This document shows, piece by piece, positions 19,602-26,891 of a stretch of 57,958 bases of DNA (its first letter is position 1; the number at the start of each line of letters is the position of its first letter). The translations under genes and the position numbers were made by a program. The notes beneath the pieces are model-generated. The model was given only the letters and a program-made list of their open reading frames with translations, was not told the DNA's origin and ran no database searches. The stretch is from positions 1 to 57,958 of the forward strand of contig PHBR01000001.1 in NCBI GenBank assembly GCA_002840675.1. Direction: 5' to 3'. The DNA comes from Chloroflexi bacterium HGW-Chloroflexi-9. Its GTDB lineage: Bacteria > Chloroflexota > Dehalococcoidia > UBA2979.

Positions 19602-21185
19602 ACCCAATCGCCCAATCCGTCGCTCACCACCTGGGCCATCTGGCGAAGGCACTCCGGCATAGATCTCCAGCGTGATCTGCCGCTCTCCTACCTCGACACT
19701 CCGCAGCAGCAGCTTGAACAGCTCCTTGCGTTCGTGCGGGCGGAGATGCTCGTAGACCTCATCCACTCGCCGCAGAGCCTCACAGACCGTCGCTGACGTC
19801 GCCGTCGCGGCCTCGATCTCGGTGATCTGCCGGTCCAGGTCGGCGATGCCGCTGTTGAGGTCGTCACGACGTGTGGCAAGCGCCTCGATGCGGTCCTCTA
19901 CGAACTCCCGACCCACGGGCACCGCTGACCACTCGGTCAGCATCCGGTCCGCGTCGGCGGCGACCTTCGGGAGCTGCTTCACGAGCGCCTCGCGCTGCTT
20001 CCGCAGCTTCGGCAGTTCGCGGGACAACCGCCGGTTCGTCTCGGCGGTCAGCGCCTCCACCGTTGCCGGGTCGGCGGCAAGCGTGCGGAGGCGGTCGAGC
20101 ACCACCCCTTCGAGCCGATCCGCCGGCAGGCGCATCCCGCAGCGGTTGCGGCAGACGTAGTAGAAGTAGTCCTTGCCCTGCCGTCCCGTGCCGGAGCGCC
20201 CCTGCATCGTCCCGCCACATCGGCCGCAGCGTGTGAGTCCCCCACTTAGCACATAGACGTGGCTGACCTTCGTAGCCGCATTATGTCCAGTCCTCGCATT
20301 CGCAGACATGAGTGTCTGGACGCGTTCGAAGAGTTCGGTATCGATGATCCCCGGCCAGACGGCGTCCACCAACATGGGGCCATCGGGCCCCTGCGCCTCA
20401 CGCTTCCCGATGTACGCGACGTTCTTGAGCATCTGCTGGACGGTGGAGAACGTGAACTCGCCACCCGGGTGCTCCCTCCCCCGCCGTGACGTGAACGACT
20501 TTCCCCGGTACCCGGCCCGGTTCAAGTGCTCCATTGCCTCCTTTATCGAGCCGGCCTCCAGGTACGCCTCGTAGAGGAATGCGACGCCCTGCGCCTCGGC
20601 CTCGTTCGGGATCAGATAGCCCTTGCGATCCGGGTCGAGGTCGAAGCCGAAGAGCCGTCCGCCGTTCCAGAGGCCGCGCTCGGTGCGAGCGATTACGGCG
20701 TCGCGGGTGCGCTCTGATGTCTGCTCGCGCTCGAACTGCGCCAGCGCCATCAGGATGGTCATAATCAGCCGTCCATGCGGCGTCGTGGTGTCGAACTGCT
20801 CCTTGAGCGAGCAGAACTCGACCCCGTGCTCATCGAGCACTTCCAGCAGGTCGAGGAAGTCGCGCAGGCTCCGGCAGAGGCGGCTGAGTGCGGTGCAGAC
20901 GATCGTGTTGACCCGCCCCGACTCGATGTCTTCGAACAGCCGTTGGAACTCCGGGCTGCGTACGGAGTCCTTCCCCGAAACGCCCCGCAGCTCGTAGACC
21001 GCGGCTTCCTCCCACGGCTCGCCGATGGTGTCGCGCTTGTACGCGACCTGCTGGCGGAGCCGTTGGAGCTGGGTGACGAGGCTGCCCTCGGGGTTGGACG
21101 CCTGGATGTCCGTCGAGACGCGGACGACGAGGCCCACGCGCCGCACGTCTTCGCGCTGCTGACGCGCCACCTTCGCGGCTACCAC
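19560..21185 (-). CDS. large serine recombinase (integrase)
   Basis: N-terminal resolvase catalytic domain (VGLVVRVSTDIQ). Recombinase domain. Zinc-ribbon CGRCGG...YYVCRNRCG. Coiled-coil C-terminus. The stop codon lies in the tRNA-Asn anticodon loop. Confidence 0.9.
   Translation of the reverse strand: MVAAKVARQQREDVRRVGLVVRVSTDIQASNPEGSLVTQLQRLRQQVAYKRDTIGEPWEEAAVYELRGVSGKDSVRSPEFQRLFEDIESGRVNTIVCTALSRLCRSLRDFLDLLEVLDEHGVEFCSLKEQFDTTTPHGRLIMTILMALAQFEREQTSERTRDAVIARTERGLWNGGRLFGFDLDPDRKGYLIPNEAEAQGVAFLYEAYLEAGSIKEAMEHLNRAGYRGKSFTSRRGREHPGGEFTFSTVQQMLKNVAYIGKREAQGPDGPMLVDAVWPGIIDTELFERVQTLMSANARTGHNAATKVSHVYVLSGGLTRCGRCGGTMQGRSGTGRQGKDYFYYVCRNRCGMRLPADRLEGVVLDRLRTLAADPATVEALTAETNRRLSRELPKLRKQREALVKQLPKVAADADRMLTEWSAVPVGREFVEDRIEALATRRDDLNSGIADLDRQITEIEAATATSATVCEALRRVDEVYEHLRPHERKELFKLLLRSVEVGERQITLEIYAGVPSPDGPGGERRIGRLGWLPDVDSNHEPND
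19584..19601 (+). other. putative attL chromosomal half-site plus CCA core
   Basis: ATCCACGTCGGGGA-G-CCA at the tRNA-Asn 3' end. An inverted near-copy occurs at 23553-23566. Confidence 0.45.
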
Positions 21186-21370
21186 CGGGGCTGATCCGAA
21201 TCCATGTCGTGATGCACCGACATGTCGCGCCCGAAGTCAACGGTGGTGCGCGCCCTGAGCCAGCGCTCGATCCCGGTCGCAAGCAGCGCCTGTAGCTGCT
21301 GAGCGCGCTCGTCGCCCGAGGGATCGTCGACGAGTCGGACGGTGATCTTGGGCTGAGTGGGTTCGGCCAT
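21179..21370 (-). CDS. hypothetical small protein (63 aa), co-oriented with and overlapping the recombinase start
   Basis: 7-nt overlap with the recombinase start. The ATG lies 4 nt from the left inverted repeat. No recognised domain; possibly a directionality or regulatory factor. Confidence 0.45.
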   Translation of the reverse strand: MAEPTQPKITVRLVDDPSGDERAQQLQALLATGIERWLRARTTVDFGRDMSVHHDMDSDQPRW

Positions 21371-21374
21371 GCCT

Positions 21375-21409
21375 ACCCATACGCAGGTCCGCTGCGATCT
21401 GTCGGATCA
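21375..21409. repeat. left 35-bp inverted repeat (IR-L) flanking the sigma-like gene
   Basis: ACCCATACGCAGG-tccgctgc-GATCTGTCGGATCA. Both arms are identical to the reverse complement of 22068-22102; only the central 8 nt differ. Confidence 0.85.
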
Positions 21410-21488
21410 CCGACGCGTCGCGACCTCCGGCGACCTCCGGGGGATCTCCGCCATCTGACCGGAGGTCGAAGACCGATAACTGGAGTGG

Positions 21489-22070
21489 GTGCAATTTTAC
21501 GCGCCCACCCCATCCGATGGCTTTGCGCCCTGGGAACTGGACACCGCGACAGCGGCCGTCCGGAGCTACCTCCGCGCTTCCCGGCGTCGTCCCGACCCAG
21601 ACGTCGAGAAAGGCCTAATCCAGGAGTGCCTGCTCCAGTGGTGGATCAAACGTGACCGGTACGACTCCGCCCGAGGGGCGAACCGCCGGACCTTCATGAA
21701 CCGGGTCTGTGAGCGCCACCTCCGCAGCCTCGCCCGTGCGGAGCGCGCGCTGAAGAGAGGCGGCGGCAAGCAGACGCTTTCGCTCGACAGGCCGTTGGGC
21801 GAGGACGGTGACTCACTGGCTGAGCTGCTCTCGGACGGCGATCCACGTCCGGATGAACTCGCCGAGCATGACGACCTCCTGGCGCGGCTCGCGCGTGTCC
21901 GCGAACGACTACTGGGGCGCGAACGACGTGTCTTCGAGGCGCTCGCCGACGATCGCCCGCGGGCGAGGCTTGCCCGTGATCTGGGCATCCACCGCAGCAC
22001 GCTCTACGCCGACATCGAGCGCATCCGGGAGGTCGCTCGCGACGAGGGGCTCGAAGACTTCCTCCGCTGA
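21489..22070 (+). CDS. sigma-70 family (ECF-like) / HTH regulatory protein
   Basis: 193 aa. The central region resembles sigma region 2. The C-terminal RLARDLGIHRSTLYADIERIRE resembles a region-4 HTH. GTG start. The stop TGA is the first 3 nt of IR-R. Confidence 0.6.
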   Translation: MQFYAPTPSDGFAPWELDTATAAVRSYLRASRRRPDPDVEKGLIQECLLQWWIKRDRYDSARGANRRTFMNRVCERHLRSLARAERALKRGGGKQTLSLDRPLGEDGDSLAELLSDGDPRPDELAEHDDLLARLARVRERLLGRERRVFEALADDRPRARLARDLGIHRSTLYADIERIREVARDEGLEDFLR

Positions 22071-22102
22071 TCCGACAGATCCGATCCGTCCTGCGTATGG
22101 GT
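22068..22102. repeat. right 35-bp inverted repeat (IR-R) flanking the sigma-like gene
   Basis: TGATCCGACAGATC-cgatccgt-CCTGCGTATGGGT. Inverted copy of IR-L (13-nt and 14-nt arms identical). Confidence 0.85.
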
Positions 22103-22106
22103 GCTC

Positions 22107-22388
22107 ATGGACACTCAAACGCTTCGCTTCATCTTTCCACCCGGAGCTGACCCGGAGGTGGTCGAGGACGACTTCGGCCTCGCCCTCTTCGCGGTCAGCT
22201 GTATCTACGGACGCCCGGGCGTCCGCCTTGCCGCCCGTTACCTCGTCAGCCCGGATGGGCGCCGCTGCGTCGCCTCGGTTGCGGGTACGGCGGGCGAGGC
22301 GGTGCTGCGCATCTTCACCGGGCTCTGCGCCTCCCGGCTCGGTGAGGACGGGTTCCGCATTGAGCGCCTCGGCGGTGCAGCATGCTGA
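22107..22388 (+). CDS. hypothetical protein (93 aa)
   Basis: The ATG lies 4 nt after IR-R, mirroring the ORF at 21179..21370. Its end overlaps the Prim-Pol start (ATGCTGA). Confidence 0.45.
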   Translation: MDTQTLRFIFPPGADPEVVEDDFGLALFAVSCIYGRPGVRLAARYLVSPDGRRCVASVAGTAGEAVLRIFTGLCASRLGEDGFRIERLGGAAC

Positions 22389-23161
22389 GCCCCGACGCCC
22401 ACAGCCTCGGGGACGCGGCGGTCGAACTCGCGCTCGCGGGCTGGTCGGTCTTCCCGTGCCACCCCACCGGGCCGCGCGCCAAGTCGCCGATCTCCGCGCT
22501 CGTGCCGCACGGCCACCTGAACGCCACCCGCGACCCGGAGGTCATCCAGCGGTGGTGGCGTGAATGCCCCAACGCCATGATCGGCGGCGCTGTCCCGGCG
22601 TCGTTCATCGTGATCGACATCGACCCGCGGAACGGGGGCAGCCTCGATGTGCTCGAGGCCCTCGTCGGTGCGCTGACCGAGACGCTCACCGTCTGGAGCG
22701 GTCGTGAGGACCGCGGCCGCCACTTCTACTACCTGCGCCCGGGTGGAGCGTTCACGTCGACCCGTCTGCCCGATGGCATCGACCTCAAAGTGCACGGCTA
22801 CTGCATCCTGCCGCCGAGCATCCATCCGGCGACGGGCCGCCCATACCGCTGGGAACTGCGCGAGCCCGCCCCGCTTCCCGGCAGCCTCCTCAGCCTCCTG
22901 CGCCCGCTCCCATCGCCTCCGCGTGTGACCTCAGGCCTCGGGAGCGTCAGCGCTGATGCCCTCGTGCGCTTCGTCGCGGGACTGCAGCCCGGCGAGCGGA
23001 ACCGAGGCACCTACTGGGCCGCGTGCCGCGCCGCGGACGACGGCGTGCTCGATGGCCTCGCAGCCGACCTCGTCGCTGCCGCCATGCAGACCGGCCTGCC
23101 GGAGCGCGAGGCCATTCGCATCGTCCAGTCCGCGCGGCGCAGTGCGGGGATCCGCTCATGA
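22382..23161 (+). CDS. bifunctional DNA primase/polymerase (Prim-Pol) N-terminal domain protein
   Basis: AGWSVFPCHP...IIDIDPRNGG (read as FIVIDIDPRNGG)...GRHFYY...DLKVHGYCILPPSIHPATGRPYRW matches the Prim-Pol domain pattern of plasmids and integrative elements. Confidence 0.85.
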   Translation: MLSPDAHSLGDAAVELALAGWSVFPCHPTGPRAKSPISALVPHGHLNATRDPEVIQRWWRECPNAMIGGAVPASFIVIDIDPRNGGSLDVLEALVGALTETLTVWSGREDRGRHFYYLRPGGAFTSTRLPDGIDLKVHGYCILPPSIHPATGRPYRWELREPAPLPGSLLSLLRPLPSPPRVTSGLGSVSADALVRFVAGLQPGERNRGTYWAACRAADDGVLDGLAADLVAAAMQTGLPEREAIRIVQSARRSAGIRS

Positions 23162-23304
23162 CCACCGTGCCCACCGTCCCGCCCGTCTCTGACCAGCCGC
23201 ACGACCGCTGCTCGGAGGATGTCACCCCCTGGTCTGCAGCATCGTCTCGCTTCATACCGCCTCCACTTCCTTCGTTCACTCGGAACCTACTGCGGTACCT
23301 GTGA
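23158..23304 (+). CDS. possible small ORF (48 aa) coupled to the Prim-Pol stop
   Basis: The ATG overlaps the Prim-Pol TGA (ATGA). No recognisable domain. Confidence 0.25.
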   Translation: MTTVPTVPPVSDQPHDRCSEDVTPWSAASSRFIPPPLPSFTRNLLRYL

Positions 23305-23549
23305 CGCTAGGCGCGGGCGCAGACCCACCCGAGTGGCGTTTGACCGGACGATTAAAGGACTAAGGTCCTGAGACCGGTCCGTCGCGATCTCGGACGGGAG
23401 ATCGTCCCTTGAGTGCGGCTGATAGGCGCGCGGCAGCGCGTGACGGCGGTCTCGTTCGCCACCGTGATCATGCCGCCGGCCCGCTCAGACCCGCCGTGTG
23501 CGGAGGAGGCGTAGCGTGGCTACCCGCACACCCGAGATAGCCCGATGGA

Positions 23550-23566
23550 CCATCCCCGAAGTGGAT
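23550..23566 (+). other. putative attR CCA core plus chromosomal half-site
   Basis: CCA-TCCCCGAAGTGGAT. The reverse complement ATCCACTTCGGGGA matches 19584-19597 at 13 of 14 positions. Confidence 0.45.
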
Positions 23567-23589
23567 GCAGCTGGACTCGTAACGGGGTG

Positions 23590-23782
23590 TGGCGGTCGCG
23601 GCCAGGCGTTCGTTCATGAGGAACGCCGCGAGCAGTTGCTCAGCAGCGCGCCGACCGCCGGGAAGGGATCGTTGGCCTGGATCGCCGGATCAGGGAGATC
23701 GAGATGACCGGAGCCCGGTCTACGAGCACCTGAAGCCGCACGAGCGCAAGGAGTTGTTCAGACTGCTCCTGCGGAGCGTCTG
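23590..23782 (+). pseudogene. frameshifted C-terminal remnant of a paralogous large serine recombinase
   Basis: In two frames it reads GQAFVHEERREQLL / GIVGLDRRIREIEMT / VYEHLKPHERKELFRLLLRSV. This parallels GREFVEDRIEAL / SGIADLDRQITEIEAAT / VYEHLRPHERKELFKLLLRSV of the intact gene. 23718-23780 matches the complement of 19695-19757 at about 52 of 63 nt. Confidence 0.65.
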
Positions 23783-23847
23783 GGACGGGTTCCTGCCGGT
23801 GCGCCAGCGTGACGTCGGCCTCTGCAGGTTTCGACAGCGCTGCTCGG

Positions 23848-24405
23848 TCAGCCGCTGTACGGCCAGGGGATGTCCACGGAGGTTAGCGGACGGTCGCTCG
23901 TCGCCACCCGGCCATCCAGGACGTGGCCGACCACAAGGGTGTGGTCACCGACATCGACGAACTGCTCCGCCTCGCAGTCGAGCCACATCAGTGCCCCGTC
24001 GAGGACCGGGCACCCGCGCGTGGTGAGCGTGTGGTCGACAGCGTCGAGCTTCTCGTACGTGCTCGATACCAGCGGCTGACCCCGCCCCTTGATCTTGGCG
24101 GCACGGTGCGGCTGCACGAAGTGTTGCGCCAGCGCCATCCCTGCGCCGCTCGCGTGGGCAAGGAGGTTCACGGTGAACGCGTTGTTCTGACGGATGCTCG
24201 CCAGGCTGTACGAGTCGTTCTCGAACGACACCGCGACCCGGTGCGGCTGGAAGGCCACCTGCATCACCCAGTCCGCGATCATCCCGTTGGGTTCGCCCCC
24301 GCGGGTGGTGCCCACGATGTAGACCCCGTACGGCATCTCCTCCACCGCGTCGGCGATCGAGCCATGCTCGGCACGCAATGCGCTGTCGGTGTTCTGGCTG
24401 ACCAT
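23848..24405 (-). CDS. flavin reductase-like FMN-binding protein
   Basis: GVYIVGTTRGGEPNGMIADWVMQVAFQPHRVAVSF is typical of the HpaC/flavin reductase domain family. Confidence 0.8.
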   Translation of the reverse strand: MVSQNTDSALRAEHGSIADAVEEMPYGVYIVGTTRGGEPNGMIADWVMQVAFQPHRVAVSFENDSYSLASIRQNNAFTVNLLAHASGAGMALAQHFVQPHRAAKIKGRGQPLVSSTYEKLDAVDHTLTTRGCPVLDGALMWLDCEAEQFVDVGDHTLVVGHVLDGRVATSDRPLTSVDIPWPYSG

Positions 24406-24860
24406 TCCTTGCTCCCTTCCATGTGGATTTCCATGCGGCGTCCAACCTCGCCGGTCCGTGTCCGCCTGTGGCCGTCACGCCCAAGAGGACATTCGCGACT
24501 TCAGTATCCGGGGCGCAGTGCGGTCGAGGCAGGGCACAAGGACCCCCAGCGCGGGACCAAACGTCCCTTCTGCGAAACACCCGCGACCCCGCCGGATGTA
24601 GTCTGAGCGGTGATAGGACGACCATCGCAGCCGCCGCGCGCTGCTCCGACAGCCGCGGGCGGCGGCACATCTGTCGGCAGATCACCGATATCTAAGCCGT
24701 GACGGCAACGTCAGCGCTCCGACGCTACCCCTCAGGGGCCGGGGCAGACTCGATATACTCCTCACCTGGTCTCGATCATTGTCTCTACGAATAAGGACGG
24801 GCGGCTCGACTGTGTCAGCCGCGAGAAGAGGCCGACACGTCCGCGGAGACGAGGAGCGTC

Positions 24861-25430
24861 GTGACCATTTCTGACAGCGTGCATGCCTTGTGTAGTCGGC
24901 CCTCCGGCCGTGTCTTGCTTGCGTTCATGCTCGCCGCACTGGTGCTGGCTCCGGCGTGCGCTGACAACGGATCGGAAGACGCCCGGTTCACGGATCCATT
25001 CGCCTACTGCACGGAGATCCAGGACATCGATGCACCCGACGAGCGATACGTCGGAGAAGCGGTCCCTGATGCTGTCGTTGAAGGCATCCGCATCGCCACC
25101 GGCGCTTCCGCGGACGCCCCGGTGGAGTTCTTCAGGGACGGCACGTCCTGGCGTTGCATGGACGGCGAGGTGTACGCGTGCACCGTCGGCGCCAATCTGC
25201 CATGCCAGGCCAAGGCGGACGTGAGCGAGGATCCCTCGCCGTCCATGAGCGAGTTCTGCGTCGCGAATCCGGATGCCGAAGCAGTCCCCGCCGCCGTCAC
25301 GGGTCGCGAGACGGTGTTCGCATGGGCCTGCGACGGTAGTAAGGCAGTCGTCGAGCGGCAGGTGTTCCAGGTAGACGGCCGAGGCTTCATCGCAGAGATC
25401 TGGTACCGGCTCGAAACCCCTGGCGGCTAG
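24861..25430 (+). CDS. hypothetical lipoprotein
   Basis: Signal peptide with lipobox (LVLAPACADNGS). Several Cys residues. No recognised domain. Confidence 0.5.
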   Translation: MTISDSVHALCSRPSGRVLLAFMLAALVLAPACADNGSEDARFTDPFAYCTEIQDIDAPDERYVGEAVPDAVVEGIRIATGASADAPVEFFRDGTSWRCMDGEVYACTVGANLPCQAKADVSEDPSPSMSEFCVANPDAEAVPAAVTGRETVFAWACDGSKAVVERQVFQVDGRGFIAEIWYRLETPGG

Positions 25431-25472
25431 CCGGTCGAGCCGGGGCAAGGTTCTGATGAGTCGGAGGGCTGG

Positions 25473-25910
25473 ATGCGACGGAAGTTGTTCGGTGTCTCTC
25501 TCGCGATCCTGACTCTCGTTGGTGCCGGTTGCACCGAGAGTGCGGGAGAGGACAAGGTGCGCGCCTCCGCGATCGTGTGCAGCGCGGCCTACCGAGTGTC
25601 ACAGGCGGAGCCGTTGACAGAGGTTGATTCGCTGCGGCTAGAGGACACCGACGCCGTGCAGTCGCTGCCGTACATCTACCTGGAACTGCACGCCGAATAC
25701 GCCGATGGCCGGTCTGATGGTGAGCGTGCGCTGCGCGTGTGGGTGACCCGCACCGCGGAAGCAGAGCCACTGGTCACGCACCTCTATCAGATGCCCGAGG
25801 GCGAAGGGCCACAGAACCAGTTCCTGGGTGACCACGGGTTCACCGGGCTGATGTACGCCTACGACCCGGTCAGCGGTGCGGAACTGCAGTACTGGTGCAC
25901 CGCGGAATAG
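25473..25910 (+). CDS. hypothetical lipoprotein
   Basis: Signal peptide with lipobox (LVGAGCTES). No recognised domain. Confidence 0.5.
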   Translation: MRRKLFGVSLAILTLVGAGCTESAGEDKVRASAIVCSAAYRVSQAEPLTEVDSLRLEDTDAVQSLPYIYLELHAEYADGRSDGERALRVWVTRTAEAEPLVTHLYQMPEGEGPQNQFLGDHGFTGLMYAYDPVSGAELQYWCTAE

Positions 25911-25955
25911 CTCGCAGAGCGTGTTGATGAAGCACGCCCCGTGCAACACGGTCAC

Positions 25956-26078
25956 CTGCAGAGGCGGTGTCGTCGCGGCGTGCGGGTGGCTGTCGATGAC
26001 CTCGGCACGGGCTACTTGAGCCTCAGCTACCTCCAACGACTCCCAGTTGCCGTGCCTAAGATCGGTCGGCCTCGGGTG
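25956..26078 (+). pseudogene. orphan EAL-domain fragment
   Basis: LQRRCRRGVRVAVDDLGTGYLSLSYLQRLPVAVPKIGRPRV matches the conserved DDFGTGYSSLSYL..LP...KID block of EAL domains. There is no upstream or downstream continuation. Confidence 0.6.
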
Positions 26079-26081
26079 CCA

Positions 26082-26483
26082 TCAAGCAGTTCGGGCCCGA
26101 ACCGACGTGAGCTCTCCATATCCAGCGGCGAGGCTCACCAGTGCTACCGCGGCGTGCATGACATGCACCGGTGTATTTGCAGGAGCGTCCGGCATCGTCC
26201 CGAAGAAGTCGGGACTGGCGACGTTCAAGACGAAGCCCAGTACGAACAGAGCTCCGTAGCCGAAGATGGCGTAGGCACGCGCGCTGCCGCGGAGCGCCAG
26301 CACGATGAGGATCGCGAGCACCCCGCCGAGAGCGTGCACTACACCGTGCATCGCGTTCATCGACATGAACGCGTGCTCTGGTAGTCCGACCAGCGATGTG
26401 TCGCGGACCGCGAGCAGCCCCATGATGATCATGGCGACACCACCACCGACCACCCACACACCGAGGGTTGCGTGTTTCGACAT
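26082..26483 (-). CDS. small integral membrane protein (DUF4383-like)
   Basis: Internal ATG preceded by AAGGAA. Four hydrophobic segments, with His-rich loops (MHGVVHALGG, VHVMHAAV). Confidence 0.6.
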   Translation of the reverse strand: MSKHATLGVWVVGGGVAMIIMGLLAVRDTSLVGLPEHAFMSMNAMHGVVHALGGVLAILIVLALRGSARAYAIFGYGALFVLGFVLNVASPDFFGTMPDAPANTPVHVMHAAVALVSLAAGYGELTSVRARTA

Positions 26484-26891
26484 GATTATGTTCCTTGCTT
26501 CAGGGCCGTTGCTCCCGGTGGACCGGTGACCTGTGCCCGCCACTCCGAGGATGCGCGGAGATCGGCAGGCAATGCGGATGCCTGACGCGGCGCATACCCA
26601 GCGTATAGCAGTTGTTATTTGAAACGCTGAGATGGCCACCGGCCCGCCGCCTCGTTCGCAGCTTGCCTGCCCCACCGCGCGCCCTCCGGTCGCCACATGG
26701 GCGCGGGATGAGGCAGGCGGGCATCTGCTGCCGCTACGGGGCCGCCGCGTCACTGCGAGCGATGCCATTCATCCAGCGGGGAGACGCTGCGTCGTACCGT
26801 CCCACCCACAGCGGTTCGAGTACGGTAGTGCTGGGCAATCTGTCCGCTGAATACACAATGGACCGGCCCTCAGACCGGGGGGACAACTCAT

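Larger units (their letters stand above)
19599..23552. mobile_element. small integrative element at the 3' CCA of tRNA-Asn (serine recombinase, sigma-like regulator, Prim-Pol)
   Basis: The gene content is typical of an integrative/replicative element. The proposed boundaries are CCA at 19599-19601 and CCA at 23550-23552. They are flanked by a 14-nt inverted match (19584-19597 versus 23553-23566, 13/14). Confidence 0.6.

Noticed and set aside
19695-23780. Shufflon-like swapping of alternative recombinase C-termini by inversion between the 63-bp homologous segments
   Set aside because: The remnant is frameshifted, its downstream reading frame is not protein-like, and it lies outside the proposed attR. 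A relic of an older insertion explains it more simply.
24406-24860. Possible FMN or other riboswitch in the long leader of the flavin reductase gene
   Set aside because: I could not recognise any conserved riboswitch core motif on either strand. A covariance-model scan would be needed.
26795-26840. tRNA-like GGTTCGAGT T-loop motif as a displaced tRNA 3' half marking an island boundary
   Set aside because: The flanking bases do not form a T-stem or acceptor stem and show no similarity to tRNA-Asn or tRNA-Gln.
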